NCBI GenBank assembly: GCA_951406725.2
Contig: OX597825.1
Coordinates: 69,688,001 to 69,752,000 of the forward strand
Direction: 5' to 3'
Length of the DNA stretch: 64,000 bases
Source of the DNA: Octopus vulgaris
Lineage: Eukaryota
Below are positions 1 to 17,405 of this stretch, one piece after another. The notes below the pieces were generated by a model. The model had not been told where the DNA came from. It searched no databases and saw only the letters and a list, made by a program, of their open reading frames with translations. The position numbers and the translations under genes are program-made. Every line of letters begins with the position of its first letter. The first letter of the stretch is position 1.

Positions 1-295
1 GTATAAATCGAAATATCTACATGAAAATATACCGGCGGCGAAAGACTTGCGGTAAACACCACGATATTTTAAACCAAAGATTTCTTTTACAAATTTCATA
101 CTCGTAGTTTCCGACTAATATCGCTTACGGTAGAAAAAAACGAGCTCAATTTTAAGAAGACTGCTTTCGAATGAAGAGCCACTTCACAGCGATGCCAAAT
201 TCTCCCCTGTTCAGAGCAGGTGATACAGAAACTCATTAGGTTGAAAAGCATTTACACTTATTTCTATTGTAAGGCATGTGATGTCGTAACAGAAG

Positions 296-390
<95 letters not shown>

Positions 391-479
391 ATACATACAT
401 ACACGCATCCGTAGAAGCTTGCATACATAGTTATATATATATGTATATATATATCGTTTTTGGACTTCATATCGTTTCA

Positions 480-580
480 AGAGTCAAGTCTATTGCAAAG
501 GTTGCAAGACGCCACGAAAAGGAATAAGTGGAGATTTTACCGGTGAGTGCGTTAAATTATAAGGCACAAAAAGAAAACGT
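480..580 (+). mobile_element. Fragment of a hammerhead-bearing palindromic repeat family (same family as 55408-55655 and 58238-58420)
   Basis: Shares 'ttttaccggtgagt..gttaaattataaggcacaaaaagaaaa' and 'gttgcaagacgc.acgaaa' with the 55.4-55.6 kb copy; embedded in (TA)n. Confidence 0.65.
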
Positions 581-597
581 ATATATGTATGTATATA

Positions 598-677
<80 letters not shown>

Positions 678-1252
678 TATATGCATATATATATATATCT
701 ATATATATATTTGTACATATATATATATATACATACATATGTATATATATGTATATATTTATATTTATATATGCATATATATATATATATATATAGTTAC
801 ATATATATATATACATATGTACATACGTACATACATCCGTATGTATGTACATATACATGCATATATTTATACACGCACATACATATCCAAATATATATAT
901 ATATACACACATAAATATATCTATGCATTTATACAAATATACACACACATATTCATATATATGCATGTCTGTGTGCGTGTATGCATACACACATATCCAC
1001 TCAGGCACACACACACATACACACACAGCACACCTGTATAAAAGCAAATTGGAACTAGAACCTAGAGTGCAGCTGATGACAAAGAACAAGTGATTAGCTA
1101 TCGCTTTTTTCCGAAACAATTTACTTCCATTCTATATATCATCGTTGCACTTGTGAAAAACAGGAACCTGAAATGTCAAGAACTTAAATATCAAGCTAAA
1201 GTACGCAGGTATCACTGGCATGTAAGCAATTGCATGTGTATGTGAGTATCTA

Positions 1253-1331
<79 letters not shown>

Positions 1332-1484
1332 ATGTGTGTGTGTGTGAGTATGTGTGTATATGTATATATATGTATATATGTATGTATATATATATGTATA
1401 TATGTGTGTATATATACAAATATATATTTATTTATATATATATATGTATATATATATGCGTGTGTATATATAAATATATACAAA

Positions 1485-1679
1485 GGCGTAGGAGTGGCTG
1501 AGTGGTAAGTAGCTTGCTTACGAACCACATGGTTCCAGGTTCAGTCCCACTGCGTGGCACCTTGGGCAAGTGTCTTCTGCTATAGCTTCGGGCTGACCAA
1601 AGTCTTGTGAACGAATTTGGTAGACGGAAACTGAAAGAAGCCCGTCGTATATATGTATATATATATATATATATTTATT

Positions 1680-1725
<46 letters not shown>

Positions 1726-1920
1726 TTTGTGTGTCTGTTCCCCCAACATCGCTTGACAACAGATGCTGGTGTGTTTACGTCTCCGTCACTTAGCGATTCG
1801 GCAAAAGAGACCGATAGAATAAGTACTGGGCTTACAAAGAATAAGTCCCGGGGTCGATTTGCTCGACTAAAGGCGGTGCTCCAGCATGGCCGCAGTCAAA
1901 TGACTGAAACAAGTAAGAGT
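1485..1920 (+). mobile_element. tRNA-derived SINE family A (CORE-like, octopus OR-type) with internal (TA)n/(TG)n
   Basis: A-box 'gtggctgagtggt', B-box 'ggttcagtccc', CORE-like 'ccttgggcaagt', tail 'cagcatggccgcagtcaaatgactgaaacaag'; many copies in the window. Confidence 0.9.
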
Positions 1921-1923
1921 GTA

Positions 1924-2049
<126 letters not shown>

Positions 2050-2527
2050 GTAGATAGATATAGATATATAGATATATAGACATTTAATTTAGCTTGGTGT
2101 TGAAAAAATAATTAAACGGCGCTGGTTGGTTAACAAGTTCTCGAACAGCAGCTGAACTATATGTGAAAGTAGAAAACTCATTAACAGTTAATTCACTAAC
2201 AGTGATTACATTCGTCAAATTTTAAAATGAATTCCCAAGTTTTCCCTTTTCTTTACTAAGTAAGGGGTCCTAATTAACAAAGCAGATAAGTCAGAGCAAA
2301 TGACATACTGATTATTGATATACTAAATTATCGCAGGAGGACAGTCATTGTAAAATTGAGGCTAATCGATTGCATTGATCCTATTATTCAACTTGGGTTT
2401 AATTATTCGACCCAGAATGGATAAAAGGTGGAGTAGACCCAGGTGGAATAAGAACAAAACATAAAAAGAGAAATAGAAGAAATTCTGCTAAGTATATTGG
2501 CTGACATTTTTTGTCTTTAATTTCTTT

Positions 2528-2997
<470 letters not shown>

Positions 2998-3626
2998 AAA
3001 ACCACATGTCGCCGCTTTAATTTTTTAAAAGAAATCAATAGCAATAATTATTTTCATCATTAAGAAGTGGATAATGTATGACGCTAATGAGTACATCGGC
3101 TAAAATGTTAAGACGCGAAAATCAAAATTATTAAGACAGATATGCTAGAGAATAAAGAATTACGCACTTTTAATTACAAAGCAGTGCATAAGTGTGCACA
3201 TCCACACGCTAGTTTGATGATATGTCACTCCAATCTTTGCAATCGCACATATCCTGCATCATAACACATGGAACCAATTAAATTGTAATGCTTTAGACGC
3301 AGGATGGTACTTAAATCGTTGTAAGAACTAATAAAGATGTGCTAAATTCATTATTAGATTTCATATTTGAATTACATATTTTATATTTGAAATATTTCAC
3401 ATTTCTTATTGGAATTATAGATTTTCAGTAGTTATAGTGATACATTAATAAATGTATATTTTTATTGTTTATCTTTTAGTTGTTATTGTCACTGGATTGC
3501 AGGTAGACTGTGACACGACTGGGAAGGCTTAAGTCGAAACAAAATCAATCTGACGTCGGCCTGGGGTTTTATTTTAAAGCCTGATGCTTCCTCTATCTTT
3601 CTCTCTGCTGAAGATGCAGCACGGAC

Positions 3627-3676
3627 TTTGTCAGTGAACAGGTCGCGGATTTTAGCGACGAAAATATTTTGACAAA
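3627..3676 (+). ncRNA. Minimal type I hammerhead ribozyme motif, G3-C8 core variant
   Basis: TTTGTCA | GTGAACA | G GTCGC-ggatttta-GCGAC | GAAA | ATAT T | T | TGACAAA: perfect 7-bp stem I, 5-bp stem II, palindromic stem III (AATATT). Confidence 0.75.
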
Positions 3677-3756
3677 TTAAACTTAAATGTTGAAGTGAAT
3701 CGAACGGCTTTTGTGTGTTTCTTAAATGGCTTATAAACACCTTCCACGCTGCAATT

Positions 3757-3806
<50 letters not shown>

Positions 3807-4194
3807 ACAGACACAGACACAGACACATATACACACATTTATAGTTATGAATATGTTTACTGATATATTATGCAATCAATATTCTGACATATTGATTATC
3901 GACGCTAAATCTTTGAGGTGTGTATGTACTATATAATGCTATGTATATATTATGAAATATCAATATCTAAATGGACCAAAATGTTGATGAGAATATACAC
4001 TGAGATATCTCACTGATGTCTGGATTTGAACTCTGAATGCAAAGAATTCAGAAAAAAAGAACATTCTTGGAGTTTCATCAATTTAACACTAGTTAAATAT
4101 ATTCAATGAGAATATTATATACTGAATTTATATCGAGTGCACTATTGTATCAAAGTAGTAATACTATTAATGTATTTATATATTTAATATGAGT

Positions 4195-4778
4195 TATTAT
4201 ATACATATATGATTTTTAATAATATATTATTATTAGTATTAGGAAATCAATATCAAAACTCCTCAGAAAGATATACACGTGTGAAAAATAATTGTTGTAT
4301 TAAAAATACATAAATAACTAAATATAAATATGTATAAAAATATATGTAGATATGTATAAGTATAAATACTACATTACACATTATATATTTTTAATTATAA
4401 AGGCGGCGAGCTGGTAGAAAGGATAGCACGCCGGGCGAAATGCGTAGCCGTATTTCGTCTGCCGTTACGTTCTGGGTTCAAATTCCGCCGAGGTCGACTT
4501 TGCCATTCATCCTTTCGGGTCGATAAATTAAGTACCACTTACGCACTGGGGTCGATGTAATCGACTTAATCCGTTTGTCTGTCGTTGTTTGTCCCCCTCT
4601 GTGTTTAGCTCCTTGTGGGTAGTAAAGAAATATATTTATAGTTATACATATTTACATTTTTATATCTATTTATTTATATAGTTTTAATACAATTATTTTT
4701 CACACGTGTATATCTTTCTGAGGAGTTTTGATTTCTTAATATTAATAATAACATATTATTAAAAAATATATATGTATA
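4195..4778. repeat. AT-rich inverted repeat (arms ~4195-4330 / ~4660-4778) interrupted by a SINE
   Basis: 'aaaactcctcagaaagatatacacgtgtgaaaaataattg' vs 'caattatttttcacacgtgtatatctttctgaggagtttt'. Confidence 0.8.
4400..4632 (+). mobile_element. tRNA-derived SINE family B (Nin/Deu-like central domain, octopus OR-type)
   Basis: 'aggcggcgagctggtagaa...ggttcaaattccgccgaggtcgactttgcc..tcatcctttcgggtcgataaattaagtacc...gtgggtagtaaagaaa'. Confidence 0.9.
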
Positions 4779-5593
4779 TCAATTTACCACTCTAAAGTGT
4801 GATATTTTTATTGACTCAGAATAATATATGATGAAGCAGACCTCGGCCAGATTTGAACTAAGACTGCGGATAGAAAATAATAATCGCGAGTCATATTAAA
4901 CAAAGAGCTCAAATCTATTTTGATTCGAATTCTTTCCCTTCGATAGGTTCATTCTTTCAACCACTTCTCAGTAAGTTCCACCTGATCATATTTTATGAGC
5001 ATCACAAATCGAATCCTTCAGCTGATTCTGATTGACATCACCTCAAGAAATAACAGGATATTCGCATGTGGAGACGTCGTCCAATACACTTCCGATAGTT
5101 ACAAAAGTTTTCCGATATAGAAGCTGTAGATGATATAGAAGCCATAAATGGCGAACAGTTGTCAAGAAGGGGTTCCATTGATATTGTACAGAAATGATGG
5201 AATAAAATTTATTCAAATATTTGTCAATCCAAACAATCTTTATTGCATATCAGTTATTCTTCATTATCTGAACATCTTTTTCATAAACTAATGCGTATAT
5301 ATAATTATATATGCACAAAACCAAGGACCCAAAAATGAATATGCTAATTATTCATGGATACAACAACAACATGGAAACCCATGAATATTTATATTTCTAA
5401 AGCAGACAATCGCACATCCTGTATTTAAAATCACGTACACAGATACAGTGTGCGTGCACATATATTGTGTGCGTGTGTGTGCGCGTTTGTAGCTATACAA
5501 GTAGTTGTATTTATCATACATATAAACACACTTTTACACATACACAGACATACACGCACATACACACAAGCATTCATATGTATTCACACACAT

Positions 5594-5639
<46 letters not shown>

Positions 5640-5690
5640 GAGTACATATACATAACTATATATATGTACCCCATATATTTATTAGGAGTA

Positions 5691-5736
<46 letters not shown>

Positions 5737-7659
5737 CCATTACTGGGAGTATGTGCATATATATATATATATATATGCATTATATATATGTATTATATAT
5801 GTATGTATGTATGTATATATGTGTGTGTGTCTGCTCCCAGACTCACAGGTGCACATATATTTAAATAGATATACACATTTGTATGTATGTGTGCGTACAC
5901 GGATATGTATTTTAATGTATGTATAGATAGAAGTGTGTTAAAGCTTGTTGAATAACTGAGAGACATAGAAACAACAACTTGGAAAGATACAACAAAATAG
6001 TTGAAAAAAACTTGGTAATATAAATATAAGAACAAAATTTACTTTTCACTTAGAACAAATAATTGCATGATAATTCACTTTAAAATATTTTCTTCACAAA
6101 ACCAGTAAAACTTGAGAAGGAATAAGGAATCGTTTGAAGCTGAATTTCTTATAAAGTTATAAGCGTTCAGGTTGCTGAAGTGTAACGCACGTGGTACAGC
6201 ATATTGTATTTCTTGGATTTTATCTCAGGTTACTTTTTTGTCAATAGTTAGGGTAAATCTATATGTGTGTGAGGAAAATCGAGTCAGTCTTTGCGTTTTA
6301 CGGTTCTGCTTGGATTGTTTAGATTAGGTAAGTGGACAATTTTCTTGCTGCTTATTCAGGGATGTTTTGTTTGGTCTAATGATGATGGTTTCTTTGATCT
6401 GTTAGTTACCAACATCTTTCCCAGCATCTCTGATTTCAGTCATGATGCTCTGTATCATTTATTTAAATGAGATATATGCAAAATATTTTGAGAAGTAGTT
6501 TCCATGAAATAATAATCGATCATGAGACAGGCCGCACTACTATAACGATTCAATGTAAGTTTTCTTTTGGTTTATCATTCAAAAAGTCCCTCAGGTCGCA
6601 GTTTTCCTATGATCTTCATTCTATGGAAATTTTTGCCCAAAGGTAAATGTTTGGGGTTTTCTTTTGAAGGAAGTTAACTAAAAGATGTACGTAATCTTTA
6701 CCATTCGTCTTTTGTAATTTCAAGATTTAAATATCTTAAATTCCCAATTCTAAATTCCTAATTCCCAATTCAAATTTTCCGTTAAATATTTAACTGCTTG
6801 GTAATTCAAACAGGGTTTGTTGCATAACGTGCTTGACATATTGAGATTAAACTTTTTGTTTTAGTGTAAAAGGCAGATATACCTTTATTCTGTCGAATTT
6901 AAGATCTTGGCAAATGCACTTAATATTTTATTTCTCACTCGCATATGGATAGAAATTTCTACTACGACAAATAAATGACATTCCCTTTACTGGAATATTC
7001 TGCTGTAATGTGATATTTGCTCATCCGTTGATTCTGATGTGTTATATAGGTTTTTGCATAAAAGGAAATATAGAATTGTTTCTATACTTGAATAAATTGA
7101 TAAACTGGAAACGTCCAGAGCTGAAATTGATACATAGACCTCATATATGAATTTTATGAATCACCTACTGCTTTAATACAAGCTCTATATACTATCCTTT
7201 TTCAGCAGGCATCTCCCTTTAGGTAGCAATTTATTACATATCTATTCTTGCATTTACGTTCAATTTGTGGGTTATGTTTATATTTCCAGGCTTTATTTAA
7301 TGTCTTGTGTTTCCTAAACTGATGTATCTGACTTAAACATAACTTTTATTATCTCATGGTATCTATGGAATATACAGGAATGTTTGTGTGTATGCTTGTT
7401 TGTGTATGAGTATATTTTCACATAAGCAAACATCTATAATAGTTACACTCCTATATTATTCTTATATGCATATGTATCTTATATGCATTTTTCGATAAAG
7501 GTACGTACAGCCCTCAAGCAAAGGATAATTACGGTTTCATACCTTATAAGAACTCACCACACATTTAAAACCTAGAAGACGATCTTATAAAGTTAGTAAA
7601 AAAATGTAAAATTCAACCAAAAATGCAAGTTCCAACACACATCACAGACAGAAAGTTCT

Positions 7660-8550
7660 CAGGATCCAGCCAACCAGCCGTCTGCAATTTGTTGCTATCT
7701 TGGTAATGCGCACTTGGAAAGAGGTATCATCATGCATGTCGATACCCAGGTCACGCCCTGATTTTGGTTCCGGGATTGTAATCCATCCTGGGCCAGTGTA
7801 CCCTGTAAGTTTTTCGTTCCGTTTTGGGTATTAATAGCGCATGGCTACGAATTTTCTAGCATTAAACTGCATATTATTGTCTTCAGTCCATATGTAAATT
7901 GCATGCAGGCGTGCAACATCGCTAGGCGTTTGAATTTTCTGCGAGACTTCAGAATCGTCTGCGTTGTTAACAAGGGTGGCTATTCGGGTAGCTGAGGGTA
8001 TATCTGAGCAGGCTACTATGAAAAGCAGTGGTCCCAATCAGTGCCTTGTGGAACGCCACTCAGTATTTGTATTTCCTTTGAGGTGTCTCCATTGGCCACC
8101 ACTACCTGACTTCTATCTTTCAGAATGTCAGGTAAGCATTCTCCAAGTTTTCAAGCTATGCCAAAACCGCGCAGTTTGTGGCATATCATAACATAATAAA
8201 CTTTATCAAAAGCTTTTGAAATGTCAAGGTCTATTATGTCCACACTGGAGTTGTCGAGTAACTGCTTCAACGCCCAATCATAGTGATGTAGAGGTTGTGT
8301 CAGGCAGCACCTATTTGGTCGAAAACATGCAGGGGGTCACTCAGCAAATCGTTTTCATCAAGGAATGTGATTATTTCCCCTCTAACTATTCGTTCCATGA
8401 TTTTGCTGTGTGAAGTCAGAGAGATAGCTCTATAATTTTTGGCATCTGCTCTGCTTTCACCTTTGTGGATTGGGCATATTATTCCCTCCTTCAGTTTACT
8501 TGGTAGCTTACCATTTATAAGAAAACTCTGGAAAGAGGATCTGTTTTTCC
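7660..8550 (-). pseudogene. Decayed CR1/L2-group LINE reverse transcriptase fragment
   Basis: ICPIHKGESRADAKNYRAISLTSHSKIMERIV, GVPQG, GPLLF...NADDS (YADD-like); frameshifted. Confidence 0.85.
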
Positions 8551-8792
8551 TGGGCACGTTTGCACAATTTGAGGAGGTTTGCTGGGAAACCAAATTAAAG
8601 CAAATTATAAATAAATAATCTGCCTAAGGAACATCATTTTTATAGGATTATTATATTTCTACATTTTATTTCAAAATACAGTTGGGCATTCTTCTTTAGG
8701 TATGCCATATGTGTAATATAACGACACAGATAATAACATTGTGTATCGGGGGGTATAATTATAATAATCTCCATTATATATATATATATAAA

Positions 8793-8960
8793 TTAGGGAG
8801 TATGGCTCCAAACTTACAGGGAAAAATTAGATTTAGTATTAAATCAAATTTCACAGTATAAATATATAAAATATGAATTAGAGATAAAACTACTATTAGG
8901 CAACTCAAACAGTGATAGACATAAACCAATACATAAATAACAAAAATATATATATAATTA
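8793..8960 (-). repeat. (TA)n-associated repeat fragment, also present at ~34500-34615
   Basis: 'aattagagataaaactactattaggcaactcaaac...ccaatacataaa' is the reverse complement of 34545-34610. Confidence 0.6.
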
Positions 8961-8981
8961 ATATAATATATAATATATATA

Positions 8982-9020
<39 letters not shown>

Positions 9021-9054
9021 TTTTTTTTCCCAAAAGTATAAATATAATATAATA

Positions 9055-9129
<75 letters not shown>

Positions 9130-9322
9130 TATATAGATAGATAGATAGATAGATGATCTGTACTACTTATCTACCGAGTCTCCACCTATCTACCGAGTCT
9201 TTACAAACGTGATAAAGAGAGGCAGAAAAAAAGGAAATTTCTCTACTATTTGAAAACTATGGAAATATTTAACAAAATATTTCATTTAATTTTTCCACAA
9301 TTGAATTTTTTTTCATGCTTTA

Positions 9323-9366
9323 CTCTAAGTTGAAAAAGTCGCGAAGACTGAAACCGTTACTAAAAT
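9323..9366 (+). ncRNA. Degenerate minimal hammerhead motif, U3-A8 core variant
   Basis: TTGAAAA | AGTC-gcgaa-GACT | GAAA | CCGT T | A; stem I only partly paired and stem III one mismatch from the ACCGGT palindrome. Confidence 0.5.
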
Positions 9367-9522
9367 GTTCTTCAAAATAATTTAGTATTTTCTACCTTAT
9401 ACATATCAACTCGCGTGTTAATTTTCAACCTTCTACGCACACACACGCACATATATGTATACATATATGTATATATATATAAATGTGTATATAAATATAT
9501 GCATCTATATCTATCTATCCAC

Positions 9523-9597
<75 letters not shown>

Positions 9598-9699
9598 CAT
9601 GCACATATCTATATCTATATATCTATGTATGTATGTATGTATCTATTTATTTTTTCTTTTCCTTTTTTTTTCTTTTTTCTTTTTTTTTTGTTCTTTTTT

Positions 9700-9820
9700 C
9701 CCTTTTACGATCCCTTTTGATCGAAAAACTACGCCACCTTTTTTTTTCTCCCCCAAAAGAAAAGCTCTACCTTGTAACTTGTCCCATCTGTGTGCAGCCT
9801 TATGTGGCCAATAAAGAAAC
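9700..9820 (+). mobile_element. Probable LINE 3' end fragment (L1/Tx1-like?) ending AATAAAGAAA before (TATC)n
   Basis: 'ttgtcccatctgtgtgcagccttatgtggccaataaagaaa' resembles the SINE B tail but has no SINE body; LINE clade is a guess. Confidence 0.4.
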
Positions 9821-9942
<122 letters not shown>

Positions 9943-11080
9943 ATCTTTATATGTATATATGTATATTTTTATAATTTCATATATATATATACACTTAGAA
10001 ACACACACACTCGTACACACACATATATATACGTGTGTATGTGTGTGTGTAGGTGGTGTTTTTGTGTGGGTGGTGTTTTTGTGTGAGTGTCAGTATGTGT
10101 ACACCAGTTATATATGCGAATGTTTAACTGGTTGTTTGTATCATTTATTGAATATTGGACAAATACCGTTGTCAAATCGGAGGTCAATTAAATATATCTT
10201 AGATTTGTGGTTGTAGTTCTTTTGGATTAAACCAGCTCTGATCTACTCATCGAGGCATATCACTACGAAATTTTATTCTTCACATTTTTATTGGTGACAC
10301 AATTTTCTGTCGTACAATATCTAACATATACTTCTGTGCTAAATTTCTACCTGTGTAATTTACAGACACTTAGCAGGTATTTTAGCCGTTAAGTTGAAAA
10401 TCTTGAATAAAACGTCACCCTACTATCTCCATCGCACTTGTCTGGGATTCAGTATTAAGCAGCAAATGATCTGTTAATGTTATGATGAGCAAACAAATTC
10501 CTGCGTACTTGTCACTCATGCTTCGTTGCGTTTTACATAAAACGCAAGCGATAAGAGCATAAAATAGTAATTAGCTGGATCTTTTCTCACACTGTATGTT
10601 TTAAAGAGACACTACAGAATTTTCTCTTCTGCAGTAGGGACCATTTCATTAGAAAATCAATATCAGCGGTCTATGCTAGTTAGCATGTATAAAAACACCC
10701 TTTATACATCGTTTACAAGACTCCCATACCGACTTTATTGGCGAAATCCAGCAATCACATGCACAAATACGATTTTAAGCCATGTTTTATGTAACGACAG
10801 ACATTTACCCAGTTTAGTTCCTTACGTCTCTCATGCAGAAAAACCAAATGATCCAAGTGGAACTCGATAACAATAAGATATTCGATTTATTGGATTAATA
10901 CCGGGATAATTTTAATTTTTCATGACGGTCTTCATTAGAACAGTTGAATACATCTGTTTATAATATATCGAGCGAGATTTAGTGTACTGTAATATATACA
11001 GACATATGCATACGTATACATACATACACACACACATATATATACATATATACAGGTATGTATATGTATGCATATATAAA

Positions 11081-11118
<38 letters not shown>

Positions 11119-11138
11119 CGAAGCGCATATATAGGTGC

Positions 11139-11180
<42 letters not shown>

Positions 11181-11310
11181 TAATGTGTAAAATTTCATTG
11201 ATTTACGTTTTATTCCGGTGTCTTATGTATTACGCAATATATAATATAAAATAGTATATACATTATGCATATAATTCTGTCTATGTGTACAATATACGCT
11301 TGTGTATAGG

Positions 11311-11367
<57 letters not shown>

Positions 11368-12298
11368 TTGTATATACATATATACATATATATATATATA
11401 TACACACATGTGTGTGTGTGTCTGTGTGTGTATACTCAGATACTTACATGTGTCAGTATATGCGTGTATATATGTGTGACGAGTTTTTTTACGTTTATCT
11501 ACATTCATTACAAGAAATGTCTCTCTCACTATTCCGATTCGCCTTTTTTTTTTTGTCGTGTCAGTTTTTTTCACAATGTATATACTGAATATTTGACGGA
11601 AGGTTACTTTTCATGTTAAACAGAAAAAAAAAAAAATAATAATTATGGCAACGAATAAATGAATAAATAAAATGCATGATCTGCATAAAAATTAGAGCAG
11701 CAAAAAAAACTCGTATGAATGTCTAAATGAATCGATCAGGAAGAAAAAACTGATGAGCTGCATGTTTCTGATTGATGATTTCAAAGTAACGAATACATTG
11801 TCATGCTTCATACCACACCTAATCAAATATTAATATAAACCTTGTATCGCAATATATTTAGAACTATTACCGTGGTTTAGATTTTTCCTTTGGTGTTTTT
11901 ATTTTGTGAGACAAATCTAGCCAGCTACTTTTTTCTCATATCAGTTTGATCTACAAAAATGAGTGTTCTCATTAAAAACGTTCCGACCGTTTCATCATCA
12001 AATACTCACGCTTTTACATCTTGTCACCCTTAATCAACTTTCATAAGCTACTGATAAATTCAGCAAAAAAAAACTGACAAGTTCCACGTTACTACGAGAT
12101 ATTTCACTATTGTGTCCTTGTTTTTGATGTTATAGGACAGCAAAAATCGTCGTCAGGAATTTTTCAATAAAAAAAACCTGAAGATAATCTTGCTTCGATG
12201 TTCGTTGACTCATGGATAAGTTACTAACTTTTTCTGACAAATAAATTGGTTTTACATTCTAATGGCTTAGATAATATACCGCTCTTTTTTATTCAATA

Positions 12299-12681
12299 CT
12301 AGCAGTATCGCCCGGCGTTGCTCGGGTTTGTAAGGGAAATAACTATATAAGCATTTTTAGAGAGTTATAGCCAAAAATGCATTAGAAATGGAAAAAAATT
12401 ATGGTAATTTTTTTTTTTAAATCCTTGACTCATCGTAGACATTATTAGAGAGTTACTTCCCTTATATAATAGCGAAAAAATGCATTAAAATGGAAAAGAA
12501 CGATGGTAATTTTTTTTTAAATCGTAGACTCATCGTAGACGCGCGCTAATACCCAGAAGGGCTCGATATGAATCATGACTATAAGATACCCGGTTTTGGT
12601 TAAACTGCACCGCAAAATATGGAAGTAGTTAGGAATCTAAATCGTAGGAGACAGACACACAACTTCACTTTTATATATAAA
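12299..12681 (-). mobile_element. Non-autonomous Helitron
   Basis: Minus strand ends with hairpin CCCGAGCAACGCCGGG then CTAG|T; 5' end 'T(T)TATATATAAAAGTGAAGTTG'; termini shared with 38176-38569. Confidence 0.8.
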
Positions 12682-12743
<62 letters not shown>

Positions 12744-12763
12744 TTATTATTATTACTATTATT

Positions 12764-15540
<2,777 letters not shown>

Positions 15541-15632
15541 ACATTATTATTATTATAACATTATTATTATTATTATTATCATTATTATTATTATTATCAT
15601 TATTATTATTATCATTATTATTATTATTATTA

Positions 15633-15687
<55 letters not shown>

Positions 15688-16747
15688 TTGGTGGCAGCAA
15701 GAATTTAGGATTCTCGCAGATTACTTTTCTTGCTGGTTGACAATATCCTTCCAATATCCTTCATCATCACATATAACAGTTTAGTGATTGTACAAAATAA
15801 ATTTTCTTAGGTTATCATTCATTCAACTAACATCTCAAATATTAACATCCCTGAATTTTTCTCGGCCATAATGCATGTTTCATCCCCTTTAAAACGACAG
15901 GACGTGATATGAAGCGTATTTAGCTTCTATAAGCAAAATGTATATTGATCACAGAGATGCTACATTATACGCTGGCTCCCTACGAATCGTTCTCTTTGTT
16001 ATCGCCGTCATATAAAAGATATCTTCGTTAGTTCGTGTCCACAGAGAGTTTTCTTTGTTCACTCATCTTCTTTGTGATTAATCTGCAACAACAGACAATA
16101 CGCCATTAGATACTTCAAGCGCCGCTGACTCCACCTTGGAATTATAGTTTATTCAAACACCAATTTTTATACCATGATAAGAACTACAAGCACTGAATTC
16201 ACCTTTTTATCGATGCCGATTCTATCTTTGTGAGTATATAACTTCAAAACGTAAAATTATAAAGAAGAGAAAGAAATATAATTCTTGAAATTATAGCAAT
16301 TGTGCAATCATAAAAGATTAATTTACTTCTGAAGTTCTACTAATTACCTTTTATCTGTACCGTTTAGAAAGTATTGTATTTTATTTTTTGTTATACAAGT
16401 GACTATTAACTGTTACAAGTTAGGTGCAATGAAGTTAAAATTCTAACGGTGAATAAAATTTATGCAAAAGTTTACTGTGGATATCTACCTTGAATCTCAA
16501 GAGAATTTTATCAGAAACGAAAACTTATCATTGTTGCTGTTCTTCAATGAACATCAAAAAAATTTCCTTGTGACATTTAGTTACGACGCTTTACGTTCAA
16601 AGTTCAAATCTCGTCGAGATCAAGTTTTGCACTTCAACCCAAAGAGTAATCACATTTAGTACCAATCAAGTACTGAGATCTATATACTCCATTAAATACA
16701 TCCTTCTCAAACAGCTGGCGTTATCAAAATTTTAAATCATCAGTCAC

Positions 16748-17114
16748 ATGAACTGGCAGAATGGTCTGTGAGACAGACAGCATGCTTAGTGGTATTTCTT
16801 CTGGTATTTTTTTCCTAAGTTCAAATTCCACCGAATTCAATTTTGTCTTTCATCCTTTCGGGGTCGATAAAATGGTGATATATGTAGTCGATTGCCATAA
16901 AAATGACACTGGGGTACAAATTATTTCTTATAATTGTCATCATTATTATTGTTTTTGTTGTTACTGTTGCTGTTCCTGAGGTGGTGTATTGGTAGAATTG
17001 CTAGCATACCGGAGTCAATAAATTAAGTACCAGTTGCGTAATGGGGTCTAACTAATCGACTGGCCCCTTACTCTAAAATTTCAGGCCTTTTGCCTTATGC
17101 CTATAGTAAAAACG

Positions 17115-17191
<77 letters not shown>

Positions 17192-17405
17192 GGTAGGGAG
17201 CTGGCAGAATGGTTAACAGTCTGGACGGAATGCTTAGTGGTATTTCAACTATCGTTACGTTCTGATTTCTTCAAATTCCGAGGTCGACTTTTCCATTCAT
17301 CTTTTCGGGATCGTTTCATTAGGTACCAGTGAAACACTGCGGTCGATGTAATCGACTAGTCCTTGCCCCCGACTTTCAGGTCCTGTGCCTTTAATAAAAA
17401 GGATC
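16748..17405 (+). mobile_element. Cluster of decayed SINE B copies (alternative tail ending in (ATT)n)
   Basis: 'ttcaaattcc', 'tcatcctttcggggtcgataaa', tail 'aaatttcaggcctt..tgcctatagtaaaaacgattattatt'. Confidence 0.7.

Noticed and set aside
3603-3650. Alternative hammerhead reading using CTGAAGA at 3608
   Set aside because: No stem II or GAAA in register; the G3-C8 reading at 3627-3676 fits fully.
4255-4730. CTGAGGA in both arms of the inverted repeat
   Set aside because: No stem II closure or GAAA downstream.
6060-6620. Very old RLE retroelement remnant on the minus strand
   Set aside because: Only faint motif hints (FHGNY); not supportable by eye.
16174-16234. First coding exon MIRTTSTEFTFLSMPILS with a GTGAGT donor
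   Set aside because: Too short, and no compatible downstream exon was found.
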